The notes below the pieces were generated by a model that searched no databases, was not told the DNA's origin, and saw nothing but the letters and a program-made list of their open reading frames with translations. A stretch of 64,000 bases of DNA from an uncultured Gammaproteobacteria bacterium (GTDB lineage Bacteria > Patescibacteriota > Microgenomatia > UBA10105 > UBA927): assembly GCA_964445435.1 (NCBI GenBank), contig CAYUKU010000001.1, positions 118,942 through 182,941 on the forward strand, written 5' to 3'. The translations under genes were made by a program, and so were the position numbers. Of this stretch, positions 1 through 9,164 are shown in pieces. Within the stretch, counting starts at the first letter, position 1. The number at the start of each line of letters is the position of its first letter.

Positions 1-1852
1 TAATCGATCCACCAATCGATGTATACGATGTGTTTGGTGTTCCGTCAGGGCCAACAAACGTAAAAGATGCATTTGTACAACTGCCGCCTACCGCATCTGC
101 CGCGGCAACCTGAAGGGTGACATCAGTAAGTGAGGAAGGCTCTGTGACGGACGCGCTTACCCTATTGAACGCCGCCTGCGCGCTTCCTGTTGCTATGACC
201 GACGCATCAAAAATCTGCGACAGGAAGGTCCCCGTCAGGTAATAATCGCGCCCGCTGGCACCCGGTCCGCCTTCGATAATCTTAAGTTCACTCGTTGCGT
301 CGCCCGTAACGATGTACGAATATGCCCGACCGCTTGTTGCCAGGACCGTGTCCACCCCATTCACACCGGTATTTATCTGAAGCCCGCCGCAGCGTGGGAG
401 CGGATTGGCCTGTTCATTTAAAATATCAATCACCTGGTATTCCTCACCTCCAATGCCGACCACAATAGCGCGGGGACCGGAGACGACCACCACGCCGGTC
501 GGATTCATACCGTTTGTATCATAGGAACCTAACACCTGTTTGTATCCAGGCGAGCCTGACTCTACATTGATGATGAAAAATTCTCTCAACGTGGATGACG
601 AAGCGGTCACCACATACGCCCGCGTGCCGCTCGTGTTCACAAAAATGGATGTCGCCCCCAATCCCGAAAGGCCAACCTGATCCAGAATTGTCATATTGGA
701 AGGATTACTCACGTCAACGATAACGAGCTGTGCGTTGGTTGCCGACGTCACGATAAACGCCCTGTTTCCCACGATTGCCAGCTTCTTCCCTGTGCCAGGA
801 AGCGACACGCCGTCTGCGTCCAAAATTGGCCGGGAGCCAGTTTTTGAGGATAAGTCAAATGAATAGAGCTTCGTTCCTCCGACCATATACCCTACATTCC
901 CTGACGTAACGATGCCGTCCGCGTTTCCGTTTCCGGGTGCGTTGAAGTAACCGGCCTCACTATATTTTCCGTTTGCGTCGGTGCGCGCAAGGGAGATAAT
1001 TTCTACCTCTTTGGTGTTGGTGTCGGTAGCAAGGTAGGCGTAGTCATTTTCGGTGAATACATCATTTGTTTTATATCCGTCAAACGTTCCGGATATGGAT
1101 GCCACGGGATCCGTCGGGAAGGCCGGGTCGGAAACAAGCACGTTTGCGTAAGATACACCCGACGCGTTCTCTCCAGTTCCGGCCGCGATCTTTCCCTGAA
1201 TAGCGCTAATGGCGTTGGCAACACCGCTTTTGGGCAAATCAAGCGATGCGATCGTGAGAGACGGCTGACACCAGTCGCCGTAGCCCCCGGTAGAACCCAG
1301 GACAACCTCACCGCCGGATGAATTCACGACACTCGTGTGCGTTGTCTCTCCCGCATTGAAATCTTCTTCGGTCGTGTCGACTATCAGCTGATTACTATGC
1401 CTTGTCAGATATATGACGGAGGTAACTGACGTGGGAAGGGGTGTCGCCCATGATACGGTAATTGTCGCACGTCTGGTAGACAGATCTACCGTCCCGCCGG
1501 TTGTGACGATCGCGCCGGACGCATCCCGTAAAACGGATGAAAATACGATGCTTCTGTTAAACTCCTCGACCGTTTCCGATCCGCTTGCCAGAGACCACTG
1601 CGAACCTGCTATCGTCGGATGATACGACGTGCCGTTTGCGAACTGGGAAAACTGCTCCCAACCACGCTCACGGATATTTCGAATCGCCTCCTGTGCCTGC
1701 GTGAGCAATCCAATGGCGCGTGTGCGCTCTATCTGCTGCGCCTTCCCCTCGCGCGAAAGGAAAAACATCGTAAAAAGCGCAGGGAAAAAAATAAGTGAAA
1801 ACGCCATTGCAAGCAGAAGCTCAATAATGGTTTGTCCTTTCGTATATTTCAT
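1..1852 (-). CDS. Large pseudopilin/minor pilin with prepilin-type N-terminus (MKYTKGQTIIELLLAMAF) and C-terminal LVIVD-type beta-propeller repeats; 3' end runs off window
   Basis: Manual reverse-complement translation from ATG at 1850-1852 reads open to position 1 (absent from ORF track, apparently because it is edge-truncated). Class III signal motif G-Q-T-I-I-E followed by hydrophobic helix; repeated motifs such as AQLVIVDVSNPSNMTIL and YVVTASSS typical of LVIVD beta-propeller repeats. 4 bp downstream of the next pseudopilin on the same strand. Confidence 0.6.
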   Translation of the reverse strand, partial: MKYTKGQTIIELLLAMAFSLIFFPALFTMFFLSREGKAQQIERTRAIGLLTQAQEAIRNIRERGWEQFSQFANGTSYHPTIAGSQWSLASGSETVEEFNRSIVFSSVLRDASGAIVTTGGTVDLSTRRATITVSWATPLPTSVTSVIYLTRHSNQLIVDTTEEDFNAGETTHTSVVNSSGGEVVLGSTGGYGDWCQPSLTIASLDLPKSGVANAISAIQGKIAAGTGENASGVSYANVLVSDPAFPTDPVASISGTFDGYKTNDVFTENDYAYLATDTNTKEVEIISLARTDANGKYSEAGYFNAPGNGNADGIVTSGNVGYMVGGTKLYSFDLSSKTGSRPILDADGVSLPGTGKKLAIVGNRAFIVTSATNAQLVIVDVSNPSNMTILDQVGLSGLGATSIFVNTSGTRAYVVTASSSTLREFFIINVESGSPGYKQVLGSYDTNGMNPTGVVVVSGPRAIVVGIGGEEYQVIDILNEQANPLPRCGGLQINTGVNGVDTVLATSGRAYSYIVTGDATSELKIIEGGPGASGRDYYLTGTFLSQIFDASVIATGSAQAAFNRVSASVTEPSSLTDVTLQVAAADAVGGSCTNASFTFVGPDGTPNTSYTSIGGSI

Positions 1853-1856
1853 GCGG

Positions 1857-2342
1857 TTATTGTCTCGTTGTCGATACGACTCCATACTTATTTACGCTAA
1901 TCGTCACGGAATTATTCAGCGATGTATCTTGGAGAACCACGGTGTCAGAATCAGGTGTATAACTGAGCACTTCTCCGCTTCCTCGAATAAATGTAACAGT
2001 ATTTCCGGGCACTGCAATTACTGAAAAACGCATTGACGAATCCAAAGGAACCACACGGTTTTCTGCATTTCCGCTGTCGTAGACGAGTCCCGGGAACACA
2101 ATGTACCGGTCCGACTCAAAACGTATCGACCGGTCAACGATTGATCCATCTGCCGGGGCGACTCCCTGCATCGCTTGAATCTGCGCCTCCCGCAAATCCC
2201 GCACAACCTGGCTGGATACCTCCGTAAGGGTAGCACTGCGCTGGCCGCGAAACAGCGTTTGCGTAGCCAACAGAAACATCGTTGTTACCAAAAAACCGAC
2301 AACAACAATTTCCGCGAGCGTAAAACCCCCTGTATGTTTCAT
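1857..2342 (-). CDS. Pseudopilin / type IV pilin-like protein (prepilin N-terminal methylation motif GFTLAEIVVV)
   Basis: ORF 1857..2354; N-terminus MKHTGGFTLAEIVVVGFLV is a canonical prepilin peptidase cleavage/methylation site plus hydrophobic helix; likely start at the MKHT Met. Confidence 0.65.
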   Translation of the reverse strand: MKHTGGFTLAEIVVVGFLVTTMFLLATQTLFRGQRSATLTEVSSQVVRDLREAQIQAMQGVAPADGSIVDRSIRFESDRYIVFPGLVYDSGNAENRVVPLDSSMRFSVIAVPGNTVTFIRGSGEVLSYTPDSDTVVLQDTSLNNSVTISVNKYGVVSTTRQ

Positions 2343-2350
2343 GGCGTTTG

Positions 2351-4567
2351 TCATTCAACTGCCGAGTGAACTATTCCCAACCCTTCTGATGCGTATTTTT
2401 TCTGCAGTGACTCAAGTCTCGCGGGAGTAAATACGGGCAGCGTAAAACTGAAGGTCGCACCTTTTCCTGTGCCCTCCGATTCGGCTTTGACGTGCCCTCC
2501 GTGCATTTCAATAATCGATCTGCTTATGTATAGCCCCAAGCCAGTGCTTTGGGATGCGTGCATTTTATCTGACGAGGAGAGAGTCGAAAATTTCTTAAAA
2601 AGCTTCTGCCCATCCTGTGCAGTAAACCCGATGCCGGTATCAGTAACGCTGATAACAAGAGCCTCTCCCTTGGGGTGCGCATCAAGCGTTACCGTGCCCC
2701 CTTTGGGCGTAAATTTAATCGCGTTGGTCAAGAAATTGATAAGCACTTCTTTTACTTTATCCCTATCGGCGATAACGTCAGCAAGGCCGCTTCGAACGTT
2801 TGATACAAACACCAGCCCCTGCTCTTCAAACTTGGGCTGTACTTCGGCAACTGCTTCATCCACAAGTTGGGATACGGAGGTTCTTTCAAATTGCATGGCG
2901 AGCCGTCCTGATTCTATCCTGGAAATATTGAGCATATCGTTGACAAGCGCGATGAGCCGATTCGTTGAGATGAATGACCGATCCAGATAAAATTTTTGTT
3001 TTTCAGTAAGATCTCCCCCTTTGTTGGATAGCGCCATCCATAAATACGAGCGGATGGATGTGAGTGGTGCCCGCAGCTCGTGGGATGCCAATGAGACAAA
3101 TTCATCTTTCAGCTTATCCAGTTCTTTCAGACGGATATTTGCCTGACGCAAATCTTCCGTTGCACGATCAACTTCCTTCTGAAGCGTTATGCTGAATCTG
3201 CGGATTTCTTCATACGCAAGCGCATTTTGGATGGCAACCGCAGATTCCGGTGCAAAGATCTCCAGAAGCGATACGTCTTGAAACGAGTAAATATCCCCAG
3301 AAGATTTCGGCCCAAGAATAAGAAGCCCTATGAGGACTCCTTCCGTGCGCATCGGAACGACAATTGAGGCGCCCAGGGCACCAAGCGCCTGCGTGAGCAC
3401 TCCCGTCTCGAGATCATCGACATTCAGAATCGCCCTCGCGCCCGCAAGAAGCTTCATATCTTCTTCGTCTACCGTGGGAAACGGGTGATACCCCTGACTT
3501 AGTACGTCAGTAACTACGCCATCGCGCATGAGAACAAACGCTCCCCGGCTAATGCGAAGGTCAGCAAGAAGAATATCAAGAAGGCCGTGGGAAAGATCCT
3601 CGAGTCGCAGAGTGGAGGCCATCACGTGACTGAGTGCTCCCAATACGTCATTCGTCACGTACCGTCCCTTGAAAAACACCCGATCCGTGAGACGCTCCAC
3701 CATATGCCGTATGCGCTGAAACAGAAGGCTAATAACGACGGTAAGCAGGATGAGGGTCACCTGCTCACTCCGGGTAAAACTGATATTGAGAAACAAACGG
3801 CTTGCCGCTGATATCGTCAAAGAAAAACCCACCGCGATAATCGCAATCAGAATCGTATACACGACGATCCGAACGACCAGAACGTTAATATCCAAAAACC
3901 GATGCCGCACCATGGCATAACTGATACATCCCACAAAAACGAGCGTATAGAGGGGTAGAAGCCCGACGAATGCGGTGTTGTTAAATACGACAACGAAAAC
4001 AAGATTCGTGATCAAAAGCGAGAGAAACATAAATATGGTCCCAACCAGGAAAAACCGGGTCTGCGTTTTTTCGATCCCGCGGCTTTTACGAAACCGCGAT
4101 ACGAGCCAAAGAAAACCTCCCCCCAAGTACACAATCGTGTGGAGCAAAAATGCGCCCATACCGATACCCGGCGTCGACTGGATGGCGCCGTTTTTTAGAC
4201 TCACGGAAGAAAAAATAAGATCTGTCTGGGTCATGGGAACAAGAAGCGCGCTTACTAACACTGACGCCCACAAAATGAGCGGTTTCGTGCGGATTCTCGA
4301 AGAAGGAAACGTATCCACCAGCAAATAGAAAAGCACATTAATCCCAATCGCGTTGGTCATCACAAGTCGCACCCAAAACGCGGCCCCCGCATCGGTAGTT
4401 TGATGTGTCGCCGTGTAATTAAACGCGATATATAGAGCCAACACAAAGGTGAAGGAGAAAAACAACTTCCCCGTGGCGCTCTTGGGATTCTTAAGAAGCG
4501 TGAACAATCCCAGAAATATATTGCCGAGCGTAGCAATAACAACACTCACCAATTCCAGAGCAGGCAT
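2351..4567 (-). CDS. Membrane-bound sensor histidine kinase (multi-TM N-terminal sensor, HisKA + HATPase_c)
   Basis: About 8 predicted TM helices in the N-terminal half; H-box SHELRAPLTSIRSY; ATP-binding G-boxes DTGIGF and GLGLYISRSII; same strand and abutting the pseudopilin genes. Confidence 0.85.
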   Translation of the reverse strand: MPALELVSVVIATLGNIFLGLFTLLKNPKSATGKLFFSFTFVLALYIAFNYTATHQTTDAGAAFWVRLVMTNAIGINVLFYLLVDTFPSSRIRTKPLILWASVLVSALLVPMTQTDLIFSSVSLKNGAIQSTPGIGMGAFLLHTIVYLGGGFLWLVSRFRKSRGIEKTQTRFFLVGTIFMFLSLLITNLVFVVVFNNTAFVGLLPLYTLVFVGCISYAMVRHRFLDINVLVVRIVVYTILIAIIAVGFSLTISAASRLFLNISFTRSEQVTLILLTVVISLLFQRIRHMVERLTDRVFFKGRYVTNDVLGALSHVMASTLRLEDLSHGLLDILLADLRISRGAFVLMRDGVVTDVLSQGYHPFPTVDEEDMKLLAGARAILNVDDLETGVLTQALGALGASIVVPMRTEGVLIGLLILGPKSSGDIYSFQDVSLLEIFAPESAVAIQNALAYEEIRRFSITLQKEVDRATEDLRQANIRLKELDKLKDEFVSLASHELRAPLTSIRSYLWMALSNKGGDLTEKQKFYLDRSFISTNRLIALVNDMLNISRIESGRLAMQFERTSVSQLVDEAVAEVQPKFEEQGLVFVSNVRSGLADVIADRDKVKEVLINFLTNAIKFTPKGGTVTLDAHPKGEALVISVTDTGIGFTAQDGQKLFKKFSTLSSSDKMHASQSTGLGLYISRSIIEMHGGHVKAESEGTGKGATFSFTLPVFTPARLESLQKKYASEGLGIVHSAVE

Positions 4568-4585
4568 ATACGTATAGTATCACGC

Positions 4586-5542
4586 TTACGGGAGACCTAA
4601 TTGCCTGCTGATTCTGCGACGAAGTTTTCTAACCTGCGGGTCGTCACTGATACGGCCGGAAGAAAAAAACGCGTCCATATCAAAAACATATCGCCCGCTT
4701 TTCACCGGCTCTCCCAGGATAATCCGCTTGATGGTCGTTGCGACCAATCCTCCCGCAACCGTGGCGGTTGACCCAAGCTGCGGCCAGGTGGCGATGGTCT
4801 CTCCGATAGACAGAAGCGATGAAAGCATGAGCGCACTATTATGCTCAAGTCCGACGAGCTGAATAACGAGCTTTGCTTTCTGTGCCCGCGAGAGCACGTT
4901 GAAGCGAATCGATTCAACGTGCGGCAGTCGCCCCAAAAAATATCGCGGGACGGGCTTCTGGTCATACCGTTCAACGTCAAGGAAAACATTGTCCCCAACG
5001 TCAACCGCGGAAATAAGCGGGATAGACAGCGCGTGTGCAATCCGTCTGAGCACAAGCTTTCCTTCGATGTCATCGATCTCATCGACGATGCAGGAAACCC
5101 GCGGCGCACGAAGACAGAAACGCTCCATCGAGCGAGGATCCGTCTTCGTCAGCACGAATAGCTTCGCATGCGGAAGCATGTCAGAAATCAGTTGAGTTAC
5201 GACATCTGTTTTCGCGTGCCCGATCTTGGACCAGCCGACACATATCCGGTTGAGATTCGTAGGGGCAATCGTGTCGGGATCAGCGAGCTTGATACATCGC
5301 GCACGGGAAAGGATGGCCCACGTTTCTGCCGCATGGCTGCCTACCGATAATCCGAAAAATGCAACCGTTGTATTGGCAAGACGCTGCTGCTGGCCGTCGT
5401 CTATCAACTGTCTGTTGCGGGCGGTCGATAATTCAAACAGCGGATCTCCTTTTCCTGACCCCGTGCGCCTTTGGAAGAACGGAAGTTCCGTTCCCCATTC
5501 TTGGGAGACATAAAGTCGCTGTTTCTTCGTTAACGGTTTCAT
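4586..5542 (-). CDS. ThiF/MoeB/E1-like family protein with degenerate nucleotide-binding loop
   Basis: Motif VAFFGLSVGSHAAETWAILSRARCIKLADPDTIAPTNLNRI parallels the ThiF Rossmann/SNLNRQ region (GLSVGS replaces GAGGLGS); last gene of a 3-gene overlapping operon. Confidence 0.5.
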   Translation of the reverse strand: MKPLTKKQRLYVSQEWGTELPFFQRRTGSGKGDPLFELSTARNRQLIDDGQQQRLANTTVAFFGLSVGSHAAETWAILSRARCIKLADPDTIAPTNLNRICVGWSKIGHAKTDVVTQLISDMLPHAKLFVLTKTDPRSMERFCLRAPRVSCIVDEIDDIEGKLVLRRIAHALSIPLISAVDVGDNVFLDVERYDQKPVPRYFLGRLPHVESIRFNVLSRAQKAKLVIQLVGLEHNSALMLSSLLSIGETIATWPQLGSTATVAGGLVATTIKRIILGEPVKSGRYVFDMDAFFSSGRISDDPQVRKLRRRISRQLGLP

Positions 5543-7008
5543 TAACTGGTTTTCTTCACGACTCCAAGGGGGAAATATGTCGTCTTCCCAAACTCACAGA
5601 GCTCGATTTTGGGTTCGGCTTTCTTCCCCATTGTTTTGAGAACAAACCGATACTCGCTATTTATACGGGTCACTTCGCGCATAAACGCTTCCCGTATCTG
5701 TTCCTTCAGTTTCCGGTCACGGGCATGATTCGGGGCGGTTTCAACGCGAACGATAAGAATAGGGTTTTGCTTCGCATCATATGACGTTTCCAGAAGGAAC
5801 CGTCCCGTCAGGTATCTTTGAAGTGTGGGGTGGTCAACCACCTGCTGCACGTGCTCGGTATAGATATTCGCGCCGTATATCTTTGCCATGAATTTTTCTC
5901 TCCCGAAAAGATATACAAACGGAAGCTCCCAGGGAAAAGTGATCTCTGACTGCATCAGTCTTCTGTCACCCGCCTTTTCCCATAAATGCCCGAAAGGAAG
6001 AACGCCACCTTTGTCGTGGATGTTATACCGGATAAGTGGTGCTCCACTGTCTTTCGTAACACATAATTCTTCGTCTACTGCTTCAAAATACGTATACCGG
6101 GGATCATACTGATACAGTGACGGCAACCGGTCGCTTCCGAAATAACTTCGCGCGGTGCCTTGCCGGTCGATGGTTTTCCGAATCGCTATGCTTACCGGGG
6201 TCTCATGCCCCATAAGTGACGCGTCTGCCGATCCATAGAGGTTAATAATGGTCCTCAACGGATCACGCCCTCCCACAAGAGAACTCACGTACGAACGCCA
6301 GGATTCCGTAATCCCCTGACCGGTCCCTAAAAACTTAATGATTACGCGCTTCTCGAGTCTCTTCTCATGGATTGCCTCTGCAATCTCTTTCAGAAACGGT
6401 GCATGACCGGTAATTATTGTTTGATCGAACCGAGGGGAAATATCAGCAAGAATCCGAAGAATTGCCTCCCGATCGTACCCCGGCGTCATCATGGTAAGCG
6501 GGTAGTCTTTCCAGGATACGAGTGCTATTGATGTAAAGGTAAATGTTCCTGCAATCCAATTGCCCAAGGCAAATCCGTTCACGAACAGCGTCGAGTGGTG
6601 TTTAATATCAAAAATATTCTGCAGGAAAAACTCATGTACCGCTGCGCCGTCAAGATCATGTCTGAGAGAACGCGGCCAATAATGCGGCTGTCCTGTCGTC
6701 CCGGAACTCGTGGAAATCATGTTTGCGCCGGAAAGCTTCCCCTCCCATGAACGGGAAGATGCATCATACACGGAAACATAATTCTCCTTCGTTGTTTGCG
6801 GAACGTCCCGGAAGTCAGCAAATCGCGCAATTCGAGAAGGATGCAACTTGTGCTTCTGAAGAAAATCGGCATAAGCAGGGACGCTCTTTGCAGCGCGGTG
6901 AAACAGACCAAGCGCCCTTTTCTGGCTTTCACGTTCAATATGCGCAGTGCTCCCGTTTCCACTTCGGGCAAACCACGCACGCATCAGTAATGCATGTTCC
7001 CGCTGCAT
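5542..7008 (-). CDS. Adenylate-forming enzyme, PaaK/coenzyme F390 synthetase/GH3-like (ANL superfamily)
   Basis: P-loop-like ISTSSGTTGQPHYW matches the SSGTTG(K/Q)P adenylation motif of phenylacetate-CoA ligase-like enzymes; start overlaps stop of upstream HAL-like gene by 1 bp context (7011/7008) and its stop overlaps start of ThiF-like gene (5542). Confidence 0.6.
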   Translation of the reverse strand: MQREHALLMRAWFARSGNGSTAHIERESQKRALGLFHRAAKSVPAYADFLQKHKLHPSRIARFADFRDVPQTTKENYVSVYDASSRSWEGKLSGANMISTSSGTTGQPHYWPRSLRHDLDGAAVHEFFLQNIFDIKHHSTLFVNGFALGNWIAGTFTFTSIALVSWKDYPLTMMTPGYDREAILRILADISPRFDQTIITGHAPFLKEIAEAIHEKRLEKRVIIKFLGTGQGITESWRSYVSSLVGGRDPLRTIINLYGSADASLMGHETPVSIAIRKTIDRQGTARSYFGSDRLPSLYQYDPRYTYFEAVDEELCVTKDSGAPLIRYNIHDKGGVLPFGHLWEKAGDRRLMQSEITFPWELPFVYLFGREKFMAKIYGANIYTEHVQQVVDHPTLQRYLTGRFLLETSYDAKQNPILIVRVETAPNHARDRKLKEQIREAFMREVTRINSEYRFVLKTMGKKAEPKIELCEFGKTTYFPLGVVKKTS

Positions 7009-7010
7009 AG

Positions 7011-8678
7011 TTACGGCAACCCGGAAAATACATTTGTTCGAAGAAGCGCATTTACCTCGCCAGTCGCAATAGTGGACGCGATCTTTTCTATATCCGGAGC
7101 AAGCGAACGCTCTTTACCAACATAGGCAACCCGTGACCTGACGAATTCATACACCGGACGTGTCCGCGGTGCAAGAAGGTCCGGCCCCCCGCGCAAATCG
7201 ACAGCCTGACAAACCGCAATAAGCATCATTGCAAGGGAATAGCGCAACACTTCTAAATTCTGCCATGCAAGTATTGCTGAAGTCAGCGAATGCACGGTGA
7301 TATCCTGATTGGACTCTTCATGAATTCCAAACAGCGTCGTCACCGGTTGCGCAAGAGTCATCGAATAGACATCAAACATGCCTGATTCAAGCTGTATTCC
7401 CTTAAACGCACACGATGAGATCGCCTTGGGATCAGAGAGATTCGGGGGCAAGCCGTTGTTTTCATGCGGACTGACCAGTCGATGGAGGTGTCTGTCGTTT
7501 CTTTTGATAAACCTCGTTATCATCTTGCGCATCATGTCGATTGACTCTCCCATATGTTGCGCCAAAAAATTTCCGCCGCTCACCCATTGCCATGGTTCTT
7601 CGCCGGGTGTCGTGCGCGGCGGATCTATCCATAAGGGATTGTCAGAAACTGAATTTGCGTTTGTTTCGATAGTGCTAAGGATCCATTGGAGTAATTCCCT
7701 ATTTACTCCTTCTGCCTGCGAAATGCATCGAAGACTGTATGCGTCCTGCACTTTCACTCCAGATGGTCGCAACACATGACCTTTCATCTCCTGATAGGCA
7801 AGCTTACTTCCAGAAAGAAGCATCGCGTATGTTTGAGCGACTTCTTTCTGACCCGGGTGCGCGCGCACTTGTGAAAGAAACGGGTGAAATGATCTATTCG
7901 TACCTTTGAGTACTTCAACAACCATAGCACCCACTACATCCTCAATAAGTGTATAAGCAATGACATCTGCGGCAATCAGAGCAGCGGCTGCAGTAGAAAA
8001 ATTATCTCCATTGACGAACGCCAATCCCGCTTTGGGCTCCAATACCAGTGCCGGAATCTTGTGTTTCCGAAGAAGATATCGGGCTTCATATTTCTTTCCC
8101 CTACTATCGCGTGCAGCAACACCGGGTATCTGACGGATCGCTGAAAGAACCCGAGCGTTGTGGGCAAGATCTCCTGAAGCTCCCAATCCTCCGTATGCAT
8201 GAACCACCGGAGTAATCCCGGCATTCAGCACACGCCGATAAATATCCAGATCAGAAAGCCTTACTGCAGACACGCCGTTTAAGAGCATGTTCATGCGTAT
8301 AAGCATTGCCCCGCGCGTCACTTCGGAGGCAAGCTCAGGGCCAACAGTTACGTCCGTGTGGATGATGCTCTCTGAGATTGATCTTGCTTGCGCGAGACGC
8401 TCGGCGGCCGACCCTTTGTTCAGAATCGTCTGTGCCCGCGCACCGAATCCGGTATTGCATCCGTATATCGGAATACCGCGCTTCACCTGGTCAATCATCT
8501 GAACATAACTTGCCTGCATTCGTCCCCGCACCCTCCGATCGCGGGTAAATGAAACGGGGATAACACTTCGTGCGCCCGCAACGATTTGCGAAAAGGTGAG
8601 AGACGATCCCGATAGGAGGATGTTTTGTGGCGTTTGGGCAACGAGTCGATCAACAATAAATAGTCGTGTATCGTTCAT
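7011..8678 (-). CDS. MIO-dependent aromatic amino acid ammonia-lyase/aminomutase family (HAL/PAL/TAM-like)
   Basis: GGLGASGDLAHNARVLSA contains the Ala-Ser-Gly triad that forms the MIO cofactor in its conserved context (G-x-x-ASGDL-x-x-LS-x-A); CNTGFGA motif near N-terminus typical of the family. Confidence 0.75.
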   Translation of the reverse strand: MNDTRLFIVDRLVAQTPQNILLSGSSLTFSQIVAGARSVIPVSFTRDRRVRGRMQASYVQMIDQVKRGIPIYGCNTGFGARAQTILNKGSAAERLAQARSISESIIHTDVTVGPELASEVTRGAMLIRMNMLLNGVSAVRLSDLDIYRRVLNAGITPVVHAYGGLGASGDLAHNARVLSAIRQIPGVAARDSRGKKYEARYLLRKHKIPALVLEPKAGLAFVNGDNFSTAAAALIAADVIAYTLIEDVVGAMVVEVLKGTNRSFHPFLSQVRAHPGQKEVAQTYAMLLSGSKLAYQEMKGHVLRPSGVKVQDAYSLRCISQAEGVNRELLQWILSTIETNANSVSDNPLWIDPPRTTPGEEPWQWVSGGNFLAQHMGESIDMMRKMITRFIKRNDRHLHRLVSPHENNGLPPNLSDPKAISSCAFKGIQLESGMFDVYSMTLAQPVTTLFGIHEESNQDITVHSLTSAILAWQNLEVLRYSLAMMLIAVCQAVDLRGGPDLLAPRTRPVYEFVRSRVAYVGKERSLAPDIEKIASTIATGEVNALLRTNVFSGLP

Positions 8679-8765
8679 GAAACGAATGAGTCCGCTTTCA
8701 AGGAACCTATTATAGCGCGTATGTGAAATTTGTGCTTGGGAATTTTTCGATATAATATAGGAACC

Positions 8766-9164
8766 ATGACACAGCGGCTTCTCATAGTCGATGACGATCC
8801 GTTTATCCGCGATTTGTACGAAGAAGTCTTTAAAGGAGAAGGCTTTGAGGTTACAACGGCAGAAAACGGCGAACTTGGCTTGTCACATTTGAAAAACGGA
8901 GGGTATGACGCAGTCCTTTTGGATATCATGATGCCGAAACTGGATGGCTTGGGCGTTCTCACAAGTCTTAAGGAAAATCCCCCCGATCAACCCAATGGAC
9001 CAATCATTCTTCTCACCAACCTGGATCATGATCCGATGGTAGAAAAAGCCAAATCACAGGGTGCCTATTCTTACGTACTGAAAGCGGATGTGCTTCCTCC
9101 CCAACTGGTTGCAAGCGTGAGGGAGGCAATAGAATCCTCTAAAACTCGCCAACCTGACCGATAA
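8766..9164 (+). CDS. Stand-alone response regulator receiver domain protein (CheY-like)
   Basis: LLIVDDDPFIRDLY...LLDIMMPKLDG...YVLK receiver signature (phospho-Asp in LLDIMMP, conserved K). ORF track starts at 8730; MTQRLLIVDD Met at 8766 is the more plausible start. Confidence 0.8.
   Translation: MTQRLLIVDDDPFIRDLYEEVFKGEGFEVTTAENGELGLSHLKNGGYDAVLLDIMMPKLDGLGVLTSLKENPPDQPNGPIILLTNLDHDPMVEKAKSQGAYSYVLKADVLPPQLVASVREAIESSKTRQPDR

Noticed and set aside
1003-2024. Six-frame ORFs 1003..1311(-), 1413..1622(+), 1629..2024(+)
   Set aside because: All lie inside or antisense to the edge-truncated LVIVD pseudopilin ORF, which is open from 1852 to the window boundary and has a coherent prepilin N-terminus.
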